Assembly: GCA_965112155.1 (NCBI GenBank)
Contig: OZ218102.1
Direction: 5' to 3' (one strand)
Length of the DNA stretch: 64,000 nucleotides
Source: Podarcis liolepis
Lineage: Eukaryota
Both the position numbers and the translations under genes were made by a program. Under the pieces are notes generated by a model that was not told the origin of the DNA, did no database searches, and was given only the letters and a program-made list of their open reading frames with translations. Below, piece by piece: positions 36,301-50,714 of the stretch. Position 1 is the stretch's first letter, and the number at the start of each line of letters is the position of its first letter.

Positions 36301-39300
36301 CCGAAAGCTTCCCTAGCACAGAAATAGGATCTTGCAGACGTTACAAAGAAACAGGTACAAGCAACAGGAAAGAAGAGACAAAGGGGTGAAGGCAATGGCT
36401 AACTTTATAGTAAAAAGGTATAGCAACTGGGGTGAGTCCCCTGAGCCAATGAAAACGCTTAGAAACTTCCTGAACTTGGGCATATGTTCATTCTCACAGC
36501 TGAAGTCGATTCTCAACTAGCAGGCCCAGTCGCTGACCTTGAGACACAGGAGGGTGAGATAACGCAGGGGCTTCAAACTGATGAACTCATCCCAATTACT
36601 GAAATATAACTGTTTCTCACAGAGGCTTAAAGCAAGAGAGCCATTTTTCTTGATAGATCAGGCCCTATGTTGCTGATTTCATAAAAGGTTAGTATCTTGA
36701 TAGAAAATTTGTGTAGCATGTTAATTGAGTCTTCTCTCTGTAAGGCAGGGTAGCTTTCTTTGACTTGAGGGGTTCACTTAGGGGCCCCATTTCAGTAGTA
36801 GGTGTGGCTGCCACACACTCATTAATGTACCTGCATGTTGCATGTGTGCAGACACTCTTACACAAAATATCCACAGGCAGACAGCCTCCCCACCCCAGCT
36901 GATCCACGCTGAGGGTGATTATCATTCCCTCTCTGCTCAGATGATCAATCTCATGACACTGGAGAGTGATTTGAATTCCCTTTGGGGCACTGGGCTCTTC
37001 CCACTCCAGCACTGTGTCTGTTTCATTTTCTTTCTTTTTTGCTTCTGCAGCAAAAATCAGAGTTCTGGGAGGGCCAGAAAAAAATTGCTTAAGGGGTCAG
37101 ATCAGACCTGAACTGAGGTTAGCCATCCCTGTTATAAGGTGGTCATATAGCAGCAAATAACAAAGTGAGGGTATAGGTTGGCTTTCTTTTATATTTCTAA
37201 GGTACCTACTAGATAAGAATTGATTACAGGAAACAACAAAAGTGGTTAGGGGAAAAATGTGTTACTTTTTTTGGTTAAAGCAGCTGGCGAGAGTACAGTC
37301 CAGTTTTTTAACTAGGTTTTTTTGTAGTATACAGGGTGGCTTAATATTTAAAATATTGGTTGACATATTTCCCAGATAGAAACAGATACCAGTTTGTCAC
37401 ATGGTTCCTATTTATAAGTACCCTATGAAGTAAGTGAGTAGAACCCTCTCAGCAACCGGCTCATCACACACTTAAACTACCATTGGGATCAATTCTAAGT
37501 AGTGTTCCCATGATTAGTAGTCTGTCTCCATCCTTTGTCACTGAAACATTAGATTGTGCGGGCCCTTGTGAAAATGGAAGGGACAGTGGGAAACAAGCCA
37601 ATTAGAGACAAATACTGTTGGAAGGCCGAAAGAAATGTGATCTTAAACTACAAGGGAAGTGAAGGAAAAGGGGAAGCAAGATAAAAAGCTAGTTTCATTA
37701 TTTTCCTAAGGTGGAGGGGATAATCATAATAAAATGAGTAAATAAGTTCTACAAAGACTAAAAAGAAGAGATAATTATGCAGACCAGAGCAAGGGCAGGG
37801 AGTCTTATCTGGTTTTCTGGGATGAAAATTATACTTCAGGTATATCAAAGGTTGAAGGCATTGACAAATAATCAGTAAGAGCAGGAGCTCTTGACCCTTT
37901 ATTTTGTGAGGAAAGAGAGGTATCAGGTGAATATATCTGGTTATTATATCTGCTGGATGGAGTTCACAATTCTGTAGAAAAACAGTGACCTTTGAGTGAT
38001 GCAAGATAGTCAGCTAGGGATGTAGCTGAATCATTTTGGGCTTCCTACTTGTTTTGATATGAGATAGCAATCTTTCTTTTCATTGTGGGAATAAAGTCCT
38101 ACGTGCTGCAGTAAATTAACCTTTCAGTTCAGCTCTTGCAGACACCTGTGCACCTCACTGATATTTTCCCATTAAGTTATTGCCAGAGAACTTCAGGCTT
38201 TGTGAGCATCTGCTTCTGTGTTGCTGCCCTGTGCATGGTATCAAAAAACATCTTTTCAAAATAAACTGTTGTGTATTTTTCCCTCTATCTTATTCTCACT
38301 TCGGTGAAACTTCTCTGTTTCCTCTTCTAAGCATGTTAATGCCTGTTATTGCCACCAAATAGTCTTGTATATGATGATTGAATTTGGGGGGGGGGGCTTG
38401 TAAGCCATTAAGCCCAACCCCTTGCTCAGTACATGAAAAACAGCATTTATCCTTCCTGCTATTCCATTTGAGTCACTTCCTTTGTGGCTACCCTTTAATG
38501 ACAGCACCTGAAATGCCAGAACTTTGTACACCACTTGTGAGGGTTCTTCTTTCAATTAATGTCATTATGTTCATAATTTAATTTTAGTTTATTATGTTGT
38601 ATACCGCTATGGGTCCTCTTTATTTCTAGAAATTATAAACATAGTGTATCATTACTGAAAATAAATGCTTATGACAGAAGCATTTCTCTAAATCACTCTA
38701 AAAACCTTTATAAACAGCTTGGGAGTACGTATGTGTTTTTGTGTGTATCCTTTCTGTAACTCCTTCCCACGCAATTGTTTAGATCTTAGTTGCAAGCCAC
38801 TTTCATCATAAAAATGTTCTGTTGAAAGCAACTCAAACTTTGCATCCGTGATGTGTGCCATCGTACAACATTTCCTCTTTAATAGTACAGTATTAACTAT
38901 TTCAGAACTGGTTATTATTGAGAAGCCCCAGGAAGTATAAAGATATGCTTTATATATCTAGATATATAAAGCAAAAAGATATACAAGTGGTGAATTGGGG
39001 GTGTTCATATTCTTGTTTAGAAGAATGCTTATTGTTAAAGAGCTCTGGTTTGCCTTGCACAAGCTTAGGAACTAATTTGATGAAAGCCATTTCCCTGTTG
39101 AGGTTGTGAGAAGTGTCACTAATATATGGCATGTAAGTAATGCTTTTCTCTATAAAAATATCCAGGAGGCAGAGAGAGAGGGAAGAATAAGCCACTATAC
39201 ATCCAAACTGTATCTCCATAGGAAAAGTCCTGTTTTTAATTGAACTGGAAATTAATTGATCTCATTATCTGGGTTATTCCGGGTCAGTGTTTAAGCTGCT

Positions 39301-40015
39301 ATAAATATAGATTACTCAGACTGTCACATGCTAGTTCAATACTTGTTCCCAGAAGTATTATTAGCAATAGAAGTATACCTTAGCAAGTGCATTTAGCTTC
39401 TGTTGAAAGTATCTTCATAATTATGACGAGTTTTTTGTGCCTCTAACAGCTGTATAACAGGTAGGATTTCAACAGATGTAGCTTTCTGAAGATTACGTAC
39501 CATTGCTTGGCAAATTTGTTACATGTTTTATTTGCCTGTCACAGGCCTAATAAAGACACAGAGCCCTTGCCAGGACAAAAAAAGTAGGAACTGTGAAAGC
39601 CAAGGTGTGTGGTAAATTAGATGCATAGGAAGCGCAAGTAGGGATGAGTCATGCTTTTGCTGTAACATGCAGAAGGAAACAGATTCTTACCTACAGTGAG
39701 ATCTATCAACTCTAGGATTCATTTTCTTTCTCTGCTTCTATGTAGCATTTGAACAAGAACTAAACTCGGGATTCTAAAATAAAGCAGAAAGTTATCAATT
39801 TAAAAACACCATGATAAAAGCGGGATGCAGGGAGATGCCATTTATACATTTCTGGAGGTACCGGTACTTTTGACTTAGATTTATGAATTAGGTAGAGTAG
39901 AGATATTTGTAGCTGAGTTTGTCAACACTTTGTATGTAAAAGTCTTTAAAAAATCATAATTCTTAAAGCATTTATGGTGAAATCATTTTTAATCCTGGAA
40001 AAAAGTGACAAGTCT

Positions 40016-40405
40016 GGCCTGTTGTTTAACATCTGTTTAATGACTTCAATGAAGGAATTGAGGGGATGCTCATCAAATTTGCAGATGACACCTAACTGGG
40101 AGGGGTAGGTGATGCTGCAGAAGACAGAATTGGGATTCAAGGTGACTTCAACAGATTGGAGAAATGGGCCAAACTAACAAAATGAATTTCAATAGTGACA
40201 AATCTCAGGTTCTGCACACACACAACAATAACCAGCTGCACAAATATACGATGGGGGACACCTGGCTTGCCAGTAGTACATGTGGAAAGGCTTTAGGGGT
40301 CTTAGTAGACCACAAACTTAACATGAGTCACTAGTGATTTCTGCATAGCAGGGTAGTTGCACTAGATGATCCTTGAGGTCCCTTCCAAGCTTACAATTCT
40401 ATGAT
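40016..40405 (+). mobile_element. CR1 LINE fragment (RT core joined to the 3' end)
   Basis: LIKFADDT motif at ~40070-40092; GGTCCCTTCCAA...ATTCTATGAT tail. Confidence 0.85.
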
Positions 40406-43400
40406 CTATCTCACTTCCTTGATTACTAGATATAGCCAGTGACTTCCAAACAGTGAACTTGGTAGTTACAGAGATTTTTAAATTACTTGGGGTAAGTAGC
40501 AGGTGGTGTGGTGTCGCCACTTACCTGCCCTCATGTTTCTGCTGCTTAGCTGGAGGACTATTGGGAGGGGAAAGGCAGGAGCAAGGGCAGCATGGTACAA
40601 ACACACCAGTGAGAGCACTGTACCAACATGGCTTCACCTCCTGGTTAGAGCAACAACTGACCAGAGGTCAGGTGAGTGATGGTACTGTACTTTACTACAC
40701 CACTTGCTTGGTACATGAGTGATGATGCAGATATGGTTGAAGTCTGACTCTGGAGATATGGGGGTGACACTGCTAGATCTTTTCCAAGTACAATGAACTT
40801 TTGTGTTGTATCACACTGAACAATATAAAAAGTGTGACTTAAAGCTACTGAACAGTAATGTATTTAAATAGATGTGTACACTGATGAAAATGCCTCTTTT
40901 TCATTACTGAGAGTAATATGTCAAAAAAAAAAAAAGCTTGTTATTGGCTGATGTGTCTTTAAATGTCACTATTACTTTAGGAAATATGTCACAATATCAG
41001 CCCCCTCATCTTCACTCCCTGTCTTTAAGAGTTTTTTAAGGTCAACAAGGAATGTGTATAAGGAGGACTAGGCTAAAAGCTATGCTAGGGAATGGACTTG
41101 GTTATTTTTTATTTGTATATGATAGTAGTGAGTTTTAATGATTTCCTCCAAAGCTCTGAATGCTGTCTTCGTTATAGAAGAGGTGAGAAGTTACATTAAC
41201 GTTATTGCCATTTGGCAGGAATTGTGCAGCTGGTGGATTTTAATTAATGGAAACATTGGCTTCTGTGGGTGTCATACCTGAATTTGTCAGTTGCGGGAAT
41301 TTCTGACATTGTAGCCATTTGAATCCTTCTGCTCTACTTTGTGCTATATTTTGCAACATACTGTTCATTACAAGCTTTATTACTCTAAGTTAGGACTCAT
41401 CCTTAACTGTGGATCGAAAGGTAAATGTTGTTAACTGTTCCATAATGTCAGCATTCAGAGTCCAATCAGCCAAAGCTGTACTTTATATACAGCTTCTTAG
41501 CTCCAGTATAAATTGGGAAAGGGCCACAGGTCTCACTTCAAAGTCCTGGATGGTATCTACCAACGGTTTCATGTAGACGTTAAACAGCATTAGTGGCAGA
41601 GTGAGGCTTGTGGAACAAAAGTCAGTTCCTTTTATGCTCCACTGATCACTCCAATACTAGATCTCAGATCATGTCCACAATCTAAGCTAGGAAATCAGCT
41701 GGGCAGCTGGTGCACTGTTGAACTTCCAACCTGAAGCTGAATCCCAACATAAGCTCCACAGAGTCCAACTGCTGTCTGCACTGAATACCTATGCAACTCT
41801 CAAATATGACATTTGTGTTTGGCTCTATTTCCTTCTGTTCTTTTAAACCCCACTACACCCCTACTTTTTAACTATTATTTCTTAATAATTTATCCTAATC
41901 CTCTGTTACTGGAGCAGTTGTTGCTACTACAGGCTTTCACTTCTACAGCTGCCTGACCCCTCAGTTTGATTCTTAATTGTGCCTGTCTGCAACCTCTGCT
42001 CTTTGGCATGGTATCTTGACTATTTTTTCTTTTGCTTGTCTTGTTGATACCTGCTGTTTCATAGGTTAGCACAGTTCTCAATGAGGGATGTTCATCAGAA
42101 CAAGATGAACACCTTAATTTTAGAAATGCAGTGTGCTGTAGCTGAGATCAAACTGGTTTGCATAAAACATCAATGTAAAATGTTTAGTATATAAGTGAGG
42201 GCTATGGACTTTGATAGTGTCAGTAGACAGTGGAATTTTACTATGTGGTTTAACCCATGGTCAGTATGAGATTGACTGGAGAACATAAAAATATTTATGC
42301 AAGTAAGTTTATTTATTTTTATTTACGTTTCTCTATTAAAATGTTTAAAAATATCCACTGTTCCATGTGGATGGATGTCCTCTGCACAGTTGCACGAGAA
42401 TTGACTGTGTGGAACCCAAAATGCTTTTTGTAGACCTTGCTAACTATTTGGGGTGTGTGATTGTGATGGCTGAACGTAGTCTTTACATATGTGGTCTGAT
42501 TTTGGCCTAGATACGTAATAGTCCTTAAACACACTATTCTCTAGTACTTATTTCGCCTTCCTCTAAGCCTTAATTTTTCACATTCTTCTGTTACCTTTTT
42601 TTAAAAAAGTAAATAGCACTGTTCCCAAAATTCTATGCTGTTATTTTTCCTTTTGAAGTTTCTTTACTTTTGTGGCAGTAACAGTAATGATGGAATAGCT
42701 TTGTAGTTTTATCAAATGAATTATTTAGAACAATCGTAATGTGATGCTGTTCTGCTCCAAATAGCTAATACACTTTGTATTTGTCTTCAGTGTTTCAGCC
42801 TGGTGGTGTAATTGCCAGGAGACACTGGGAACAAATCATTCAGCACTTTAGTTTGCAGAGTACAAGATACTTGGGTGAAAGAGGCGAGAATGATCTAGGA
42901 ACTGAAAAGGGACCTTGTTAACAGGCTGATCTTGTGTCTTTCTACTCAGAAATAAGTCTCATAGTTTTCAGTTTGGCTTGCTCTTGGGTAAGTGTGGATA
43001 GAATGGCAGCACAAAAGCATTTTTATTTGGCAGGTTGAAGAAGGCATGCTGTTCCTTTCAGGCATATATTTTAAATATGTATTTATATGCTTTACATGAA
43101 AGCCAAGAAGCAAGAGACTGTATGCAAAGGCATGAAAGAACAAGAAGCTCTTGCAATGATGCCTGGTACCTGGAATATGTGCAGGGATGGTTTTCTTATT
43201 TTTCTATGCTTCTTCTTTTGTTCCTATCTTCTAGCTAAATCAATGACAGGTCAGGAATAGGGTGTATGTAGCATGAACAAATACAGGAAATGCAATTATA
43301 TTTATTCAGTTCCGAATAAGGGTGTAGTCAGGTAAATAGCCCAGCACGGATGACTTCACCTTTCATGTGGGCTTGAATTAATTCACAGAATCACAGACAT

Positions 43401-44022
43401 TGAAGTAAACTGTTTTTGGCTTGTCATTGGGAGTGTGGTTGTGACATTTTAAACCTGCTTGGTCAGTTCATTTTGGCTCTCTAGCATTCTATATTCATTG
43501 TAAAGCAATTCATCATGGATTTAAAGAGCTATAGTAATCTACTCTTGGCAGATGAAAATGATGTTATAAACTAGGCTTTACTGCATCATAACTGAAATAA
43601 TGCTTTTATTTATACAAGCATATGTTGATTTTACATTGCACTTTTTTTCAATATATAGCCAATATTATCAATTAGTGAAGGCTGACAGCAACTATACTGT
43701 TATAGATAAAAAGGAAATAAAGTACAGGCTTTTAATATTATAAAATAGATATTAATAAACTGGATTCACTGTGACCATTATTAGGCCAACTTGTTATTGA
43801 AAGCACTCAAAGCTGTTCTACATTTGAAGGAAGTAATATAGCTTTAGTCTATTGATTTCAGTGAACTTAAGTACGCCTTACAGTGTTGGACTGTGGACAA
43901 TAAGTTTTTGATCTGGACCTTCTAGAGTTGAGTGTTCTTGAGTTGCAAATGCGTCTCCCCCTTTTCTTTCTTAGGTTATTTGAACTGAGATATGGCTTTA
44001 ACTTTTACTGCTTTTTTTTTAG

Positions 44023-44207
44023 GCTTCATCAAGCAACACACAACAAAATGAGTCATCTTGCTATTAAAAGAATAGCAAATGATATTATCAAATCACCTGA
44101 AGATAAACGAGAGTATCGTGGGCTAGAACTGGCAAATGGCATCAAGGCAATGCTTATCAGTGACCCCACTACAGACAAGTCTTCAGCTGCACTTGATGTA
44201 CACATAG
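44023..44207 (+). CDS. IDE: IDE exon 2 ([16 protein letters not shown]...[10 protein letters not shown])
   Basis: [19 protein letters not shown]; second in-frame ATG at 44048. Confidence 0.96.
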
Positions 44208-45210
44208 GTATATGATCATCTATAATATACTGTAACTTGGTTTTGCACTGTAATCTAATTCAAATGTGATAACTTTCAAAAAAAATGGTTTACAACCTTC
44301 TACATACTATACTGAGGCTGTAATCCTAGTTTTGCTTACTTGGAAGTTGACATTATATGGAAGTGCACAAAACCCCATTGAACTCCCAGGAAGATGTGTA
44401 TAGGTTTGCAATCTTACAGCGCTGGCTATCCATTTCTACTCAGAAGTCCTGTTGAATTCAGTGTAGCTTTCTCCCAGGTAAATGGAAGTAGGATTGTAGC
44501 CTTAGCCAGATTAGCCTCAGAAGTTAGGTTTGTTATAAAACTGGCTGTATAAATTACTTGTTCTAAAGCAGGTCTAAGTTTTTCAAGGATGAATGATAGA
44601 AGAACTCAATTTATATGCTCCACATCCTTCTGCGCTTAAGCTCCCAGTATGTCTGCCGGGGAATTAAAATAGTTTAATTTCCTGGTATAAATTAATGGCA
44701 TATGGCATGTCATATGAAAATTATTCCTTGTGTAATATGTTTGAGAAGTCAGATAGTAGGCCTAAAAATGATGTATTTGCATGTTAAGCAAACATGAAAT
44801 TAGAACATGGTTGTTACTAGATGTTCTGATTAAAAACCAAAAACCAAAATGGTTACATATGTATGTCCTGCTTTATCAAATATCTTTTCTTTGTAGTTTG
44901 AAGTGCTTGGGATGCTCACATAAACCACTTGCCTCTGATTTCCAGCTAACACCTTTCCTATAGCTTCTCTAAAGTTAGTATGAAGCAGCTGTATACTAGC
45001 AGGTGCATTCCAGCCTAGCTTTTCTGCAAAGGGAAATGGAGCTATATAATTTCTTAAATATTTGCAGTCATAATCAGTAAGATGATTTCTCTGACCCAGA
45101 GAAAAGTGTTAAAATGTTGATTGTTCTGGATGATTTGATTGCTTTATACTGAATATGTGTAACAGCTTTTAAAGTAATACTCTATTTCTGCCCATTTCTC
45201 CTATTCATAG

Positions 45211-45418
45211 GGTCATTATCTGATCCCCCTAACATTGCTGGGTTAAGCCATTTTTGTGAACATATGCTTTTTTTGGGAACTGAGAAATACCCAAAAGAAA
45301 ATGAGTACAGCCAATTTCTCAGTGAACATGCAGGAAGTTCAAATGCTTTTACCAGTGGAGAACACACCAACTTTTATTTTGATGTATCACATGAACACTT
45401 GGAAGGTGCCCTGGACAG
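45211..45418 (+). CDS. IDE: IDE exon 3 (catalytic HFCEH at 45249-45263)
   Basis: [14 protein letters not shown]...GSSNAFT; AG/GT boundaries. Confidence 0.98.
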
Positions 45419-45952
45419 GTGAGCATATCTATTAATGATTAAATATATTGGTTTGGTTTTGTCTTTCCAGCAAGCACAATTAACATGAGAGTCCTACCAG
45501 ATGATAACATTATTTAGTGTATTTATTACTTCTGCTTTTTTATAATAATGACTTTAATACAATTGTAAAGACTAAATTACTGAAATACTTTTAACATCTT
45601 GGGAATAACAGTGATAAAAGAAAACATATGGAATGAGCCCTTGCGGTAGTATATCAAAATAGGTTCTAAGTGAGGAGAGACTCATCAACAGTATGGCGAG
45701 TGTCTTAAAAACTTCATATGGTTTATCATTTTGCTGTTACTTTACATAACCATGAAAGTGTTGCATAGGAACCTCACATATGTTTGTTCTATAAATATAT
45801 TCTGCTTACACTCTCAGCATATGTTGCATATTTATCAGCTGACTCTCAAAGGCTCTTCTCTCTGTGGAATTTTATATTTGGTGAAAATAGGGATATTCAA
45901 GCTACTGTTGCATACTGTATATTTGATTTTACTTCAGAGTTAGCAAAATAAC

Positions 45953-46020
45953 AGTGCAATCTCTGGTATGTCTACTCAGAAGTAAGTTGAATTTGGTGGG
46001 GCTTACTCCCAGGTAATTTA
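45953..46020. repeat. Short dispersed hairpin-like repeat (related copies ~34520, ~44420, ~54950)
   Basis: Recurrent CTACTCAGAAGT(AAGT)..TGAATT.A.TGGGGCTTACTCCCAGGTAA. Confidence 0.55.
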
Positions 46021-46641
46021 GCATGATTTTTTCCCCCAAAGACAAAGTAATTAACAGGTTGCACAGCCCTCACTCATTTCATGGTCTGTGTCCTTTTACT
46101 TTTTTTTAAAAAAAGTTCTTTGGTTCATGTTGAGGGCCAAGGAGAGGCTTAGTAACATTAGCTTTGGTGATTTTGGAAGGGTCCTCAGTACGTCTGTGTA
46201 GAGCAGGTCCCAATAGCTCTTTTTTCACAGACACACAGCAGGCCTCTGCTAAGGAAACTTTGAGTGGCTAGTTCATAAGACAACAGCAAGAAGAAGCAGA
46301 TCTGAAGTAGCAAACAAGGCAGCTGATGGTATCTTGCTCATAGAGTGTGTCCTGTCTGCTAAAAAGGTCATTATAGTAAATTGCACTAGATTAGAACACC
46401 CACTTGGTGATGAGACTACTTAGCAACAGGGTGGCTCCAGGTGAACAAAATTTTTAATTAAATTATGGGCATCTGTCCAGAGCATTGAAGACAAAAGGCT
46501 CAGACCTGGTGGGCAAATCCTATCCTGAACTGATAATAAATTGTGTGCTTCTCCACACTGAACATGAATTTCATATGTTAAACTATCAACAATGTAATTG
46601 TCGAAACATTGATTTGGGAAATCTGACTTTTTTTCTTGCAG

Positions 46642-46811
46642 GTTTGCTCAGTTTTTCTTGTGCCCTCTGTTTGATGAAAGCTGCAAAGACAGAGAAGTGA
46701 ATGCTGTTGATTCTGAGCATGAGAAGAATTTAATGAATGATGCTTGGAGACTATTTCAGCTGGAAAAGGCTACTGGAAATCCCAATCACCCCTTCAGTAA
46801 ATTTGGAACAG
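46642..46811 (+). CDS. IDE: IDE exon 4 ([10 protein letters not shown]...[10 protein letters not shown]...KFGT)
   Basis: Region of the third zinc ligand; AG/GT boundaries. Confidence 0.97.
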
Positions 46812-47089
46812 GTATTTAATCTTCCATTACATTTGCACATGATCTGCTTTCGATTGGGGAGTCCCTTTAAACTGTGCTGTTCTGGGAGGCTCCAAGGCAT
46901 TATTTTATATTGGAAAAAATATATTATGAAGCAGAATGCCTTGTATGGCTGGAAGAATGGATCACTTTGGAAAAAGCAGATTTATTAGACCTGGAGGGCT
47001 TTAACAACAGGTATGGATAGCATGCCTACCTTGCATATGAGAAGATTAAAGTCAGAGCTGCCGCCCAATTAAGTACTTCTGGGGAGAAA

Positions 47090-47715
47090 TACATGAGGAC
47101 TTGAAAAAAATGCTTAAAATCCCACTAATGAAAAAACCAGAGGCTTACCTATTAGGGAAAGAAATACTGAAATCGAAAAAAAGAATTTTCTTATATGCAA
47201 CCACCGCAGCTAGAATAGTAATAGCACCTAAATGGAAAGCTAAAGAATTCCCTACCAAGGAGGAATGGATTCTCAAATTAAATGAATATTTAAAATTGGC
47301 TAAACTAACAGCATCCATACGACAGCAGTCAAATCAAAAACTGAAAAATGAACGGCAATGCTTTGATGACTATATGGCAAAATACTGCTCCAAAAAAGAC
47401 ATGCTAATATGCTTAGACTAAGAATGTAAATGCATCAAAACAATAAATTATCAGTGACATATGTATGTATATAGAGAAAATAAAAACAACCAGAATGCAG
47501 TGATAAGGGTAAAATTGATTCTAGAGAAGACGAGTAGTGGTGGAGGGAAGTTAAACAGGGTGGTGGGTTCATTTTATTTTGTTTATGTTCTTTTTCTTCT
47601 TCTTTTTTGGATATTGTATAATGATTTAATGTATAATGATTTAATGTTTCTTTTCTGTTATGTTTTTTTCCCTCTTTTTCTCTTAAATTGTATGATGGAA
47701 TTTTTTATTTTTTTT
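47090..47715 (+). mobile_element. L1/Tx1-clade LINE 3' fragment
   Basis: KPEAYLLG..FLYATTAARIVIA.KWK...PT.EEW; similar to the copy at 49.6 kb. Confidence 0.75.
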
Positions 47716-49589
47716 TAAGAATGTGTTAAAATAAAAACATGTTGTATGGAAATTATTTGATGATGTAGCCTTTACACATGGTGGTTTACTGCATTTGATT
47801 CACCTTTAAAAGCAGCTGAGAATGTGTCACATTTATTTAACAGAATTTATATACCAGTTGATAATTACAAAGCCTATAAGTGGCTTACAAGAAGTATTAA
47901 AATTACCAATAAAAATCAGTTTAAGAATAAATACTGTAATTAAAAACATTTAAAAGATAATTAAAATTAACAGTAGACTGAAGAGAGATTAAAGCATGTC
48001 AACATCTACGTGGATGGGCTTGCGTAAACAAAAATGTTTTAAGCAGATCATAAAAGAGTACTTAGGTAGAGAGTTTCAAAGTGTGAGTGCTGCCACACTA
48101 GAAGAAATATTTCTTTATAAGTGTGGAAAAAGTATTATATAGCTGTACTGGTGGAAGAAACCTCTCTCAGCACTGCTTCTTAAACCAGAAAACAAAGCAA
48201 TTCCTGAGAAATTTTCCAGAAAGATATTGTGGTTGATGCCACAGTAAAGTTCAGATGAATCAGTGTGTTTCACTTCCCTTATTTCTTTTTCAGCATAGAT
48301 CATCCACCCTTTTGATTGAAATGTGCTTTGAATCTGTGATAGCAGAGGGTTTAAGTCTGGTTAAGTGAGAGCAGCATGCAAGCTCTCACTCCTAAGGTTT
48401 TATTCCGTCCGTTTATTACAGCGGTATTACCTTTGGTGAACATGTTAGGTTTAAAATGGTGGCAGCAAGATCCCTTTCTGATAATGGTCACTTTTTGTCT
48501 TAAACATGACTTCGAAAACTCTTATTTTCAAATGTAGTTGTAGTCTTTAAAAAAGAAAACAGAAGCTTAAAGAGTTATAGCAGCACCAGATACTCTGCCA
48601 TGTGAAGTGCAGATGTTGAGTCAGATTCCACTAACCTAGTGTGCTAGCGGAAGCCAGTGCAAGGACTCCAATTAGTACAACAGGGCTTTCCTCCCCCTCC
48701 ACAACCCCCAAATCTGCTCTGGAGGGTCAGAATAACAGGGCATGGGGAGGGGAAGAAAGGGGGGATCATTCTGTCTGGCAAAGCAATCAGGAAAGTGCAA
48801 TGTTGAATTATTCTGTAAGGATGGCAATTCACAATGAAAGTGTACGGAGACCTGAACTACTGTGCATTCATCATAAATTGAATAAGACCATTTGTTTATG
48901 TATCTTGAATGGTTTTTCTTATTCGTGCTTGTCTGTATTCATTACTACTATTTGTGAATTGAGCTGATCATTCTTTAAATCCCTGTTCTCGTTATTTTTA
49001 GAACATTATCTTCACCTCACTTATTTTATGATTTCTTGCATTAAGCTTGTTTTCATAACTACATTTCATCAACCCAGAATGCTGTGTTTTAGCTTTATTT
49101 TGCATAGCAGCAATGTTAGAGTCAGCTTACTGGAAATTAGAAACTCTAGTCTTGATTTTCCTTTTTCACTGCCAAAAAAAGTGAAGTAATTTAGAAAATT
49201 ATTATTGATTAATAAGAACTGGGAGATAGACACTGGCAGGCAGCCCATTTGAAGTTGCCACATGATGTCAAGTGAGTGACATCCACCCTGACTTAAACCA
49301 CAGTTTCCTAAGTCAGGTATCGTGGGGAAACTGTTTTAATTATCCCGAAAGTCTTATCTAAGGCCAAGGGTGGGAGGAGGAAGCGCTTGAGCTAACTGCT
49401 CATTTCTACTCCAACAAACCATGCTTTGTTGACTCAATAACACTATATCTGACGCTGGCCTGAACATGTCCATGAACTATGAGGATATACACTGCATTTG
49501 TTGTTAGGCACAACACTAATTGTATGATTAACATACCTGTATTTCTGCTCTACACAACCTTTATATTATGAATATCAGAATAGGATTTG

Positions 49590-50270
49590 CCTGTTATCTT
49601 ATTAAGCAAAACCCATCAAATTAGTGAAAATGTATAAAAAAGGGTCTAATTTATTCTGGAGGTGCCACGAGATGGAGGGAACCCTGATCCATATGTGGTG
49701 GTCATGTAAATATGCTGGAGAGTATTGGGAAATGATCCACACAGAATTAAATAAGATTTTAAAACTCACGTTTCTCAAAAAGCCAGGGGCCTTTCTATTA
49801 GGGATAATAGGTGATGATATTCCAATTCCAAAAAAGGCACTCAGTATTTTTCTGTACACAACCGCTGCAGCTAGAACAGTATATGCGAAAAAACGGAAAG
49901 AAGAGGAGATACCCACGATGGAAATTTGGCAAAACAGATTGATAGTTTCACAGTCATGGTTACTAATGCTGTGTATTCTAAGGAATAAGGATGAGATAAA
50001 GATAAGAGTGGAGGTGTTTTGGAGATTATTTTAGAGGGTAAAATATACAATTTAATCTACAAGTAGGAGTTGACATATGAGCAGCAGATAACATCAAAAC
50101 AGGAAGACTTGAAATGATAATGGTGAAATATCAGGATATGCAGTAGATCAAGATTTCCCTACAATGTCACAGAGAGATGGATTGGGAAGTCTTAGGAAAA
50201 GAGATAAGTGATGGAAACTGTACGATGTGTGTATAAAAGCTGTTAAAATTGTGCAAATAAAAGTTTAGAA
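49590..50270 (+). mobile_element. L1/Tx1-clade LINE 3' fragment
   Basis: WRC...GTLIHMWWSC zinc-knuckle remnant, FLYTTAAAR, AATAAA near the end, TSD-like AGAA.AGGATTTG on both sides. Confidence 0.8.
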
Positions 50271-50714
50271 AAAGGATTTGTAGAAGCAATCCCTTGAGAA
50301 CACAATTCCAGATTTCAATTCTCCTAACTCCAAGCTATTCAAGCTGAGCCACAAATGGTCTTGCTGAAATCATGAAAGCAGGAAATCCGATAAACATCTT
50401 GCACTCGATAGAAGTACCATCATGTGATAGAAATATAAATAGGATTTGCATGCACAATGCCCATCATTTGTTGTTATGAGAATAAAGTGAGGGGGTGCGG
50501 AGAACCATGTATGCCACCTGAGCTCATTGGAGGAAATGAAGAGTATAAATGTAGTAGTAATATAAAACAATCGAGATGCTGTAATCTGTTTGAGGGATAT
50601 GTGCAGTATCGCCTCTTGTGATTGCAGGGATTAACAGTTTTTACAGAACTGAGCACATTTACCCAGTCATGGCTCTTATTGTAACACATCCTTCTTTTTA
50701 TTTATGTACTGTAG

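Noticed and set aside
40717-40750. TGATGA...CTGA with a 4-bp terminal stem (C/D-box-like)
   Set aside because: About 34 nt, far too short for a snoRNA, with no D'/C' boxes or guide evident
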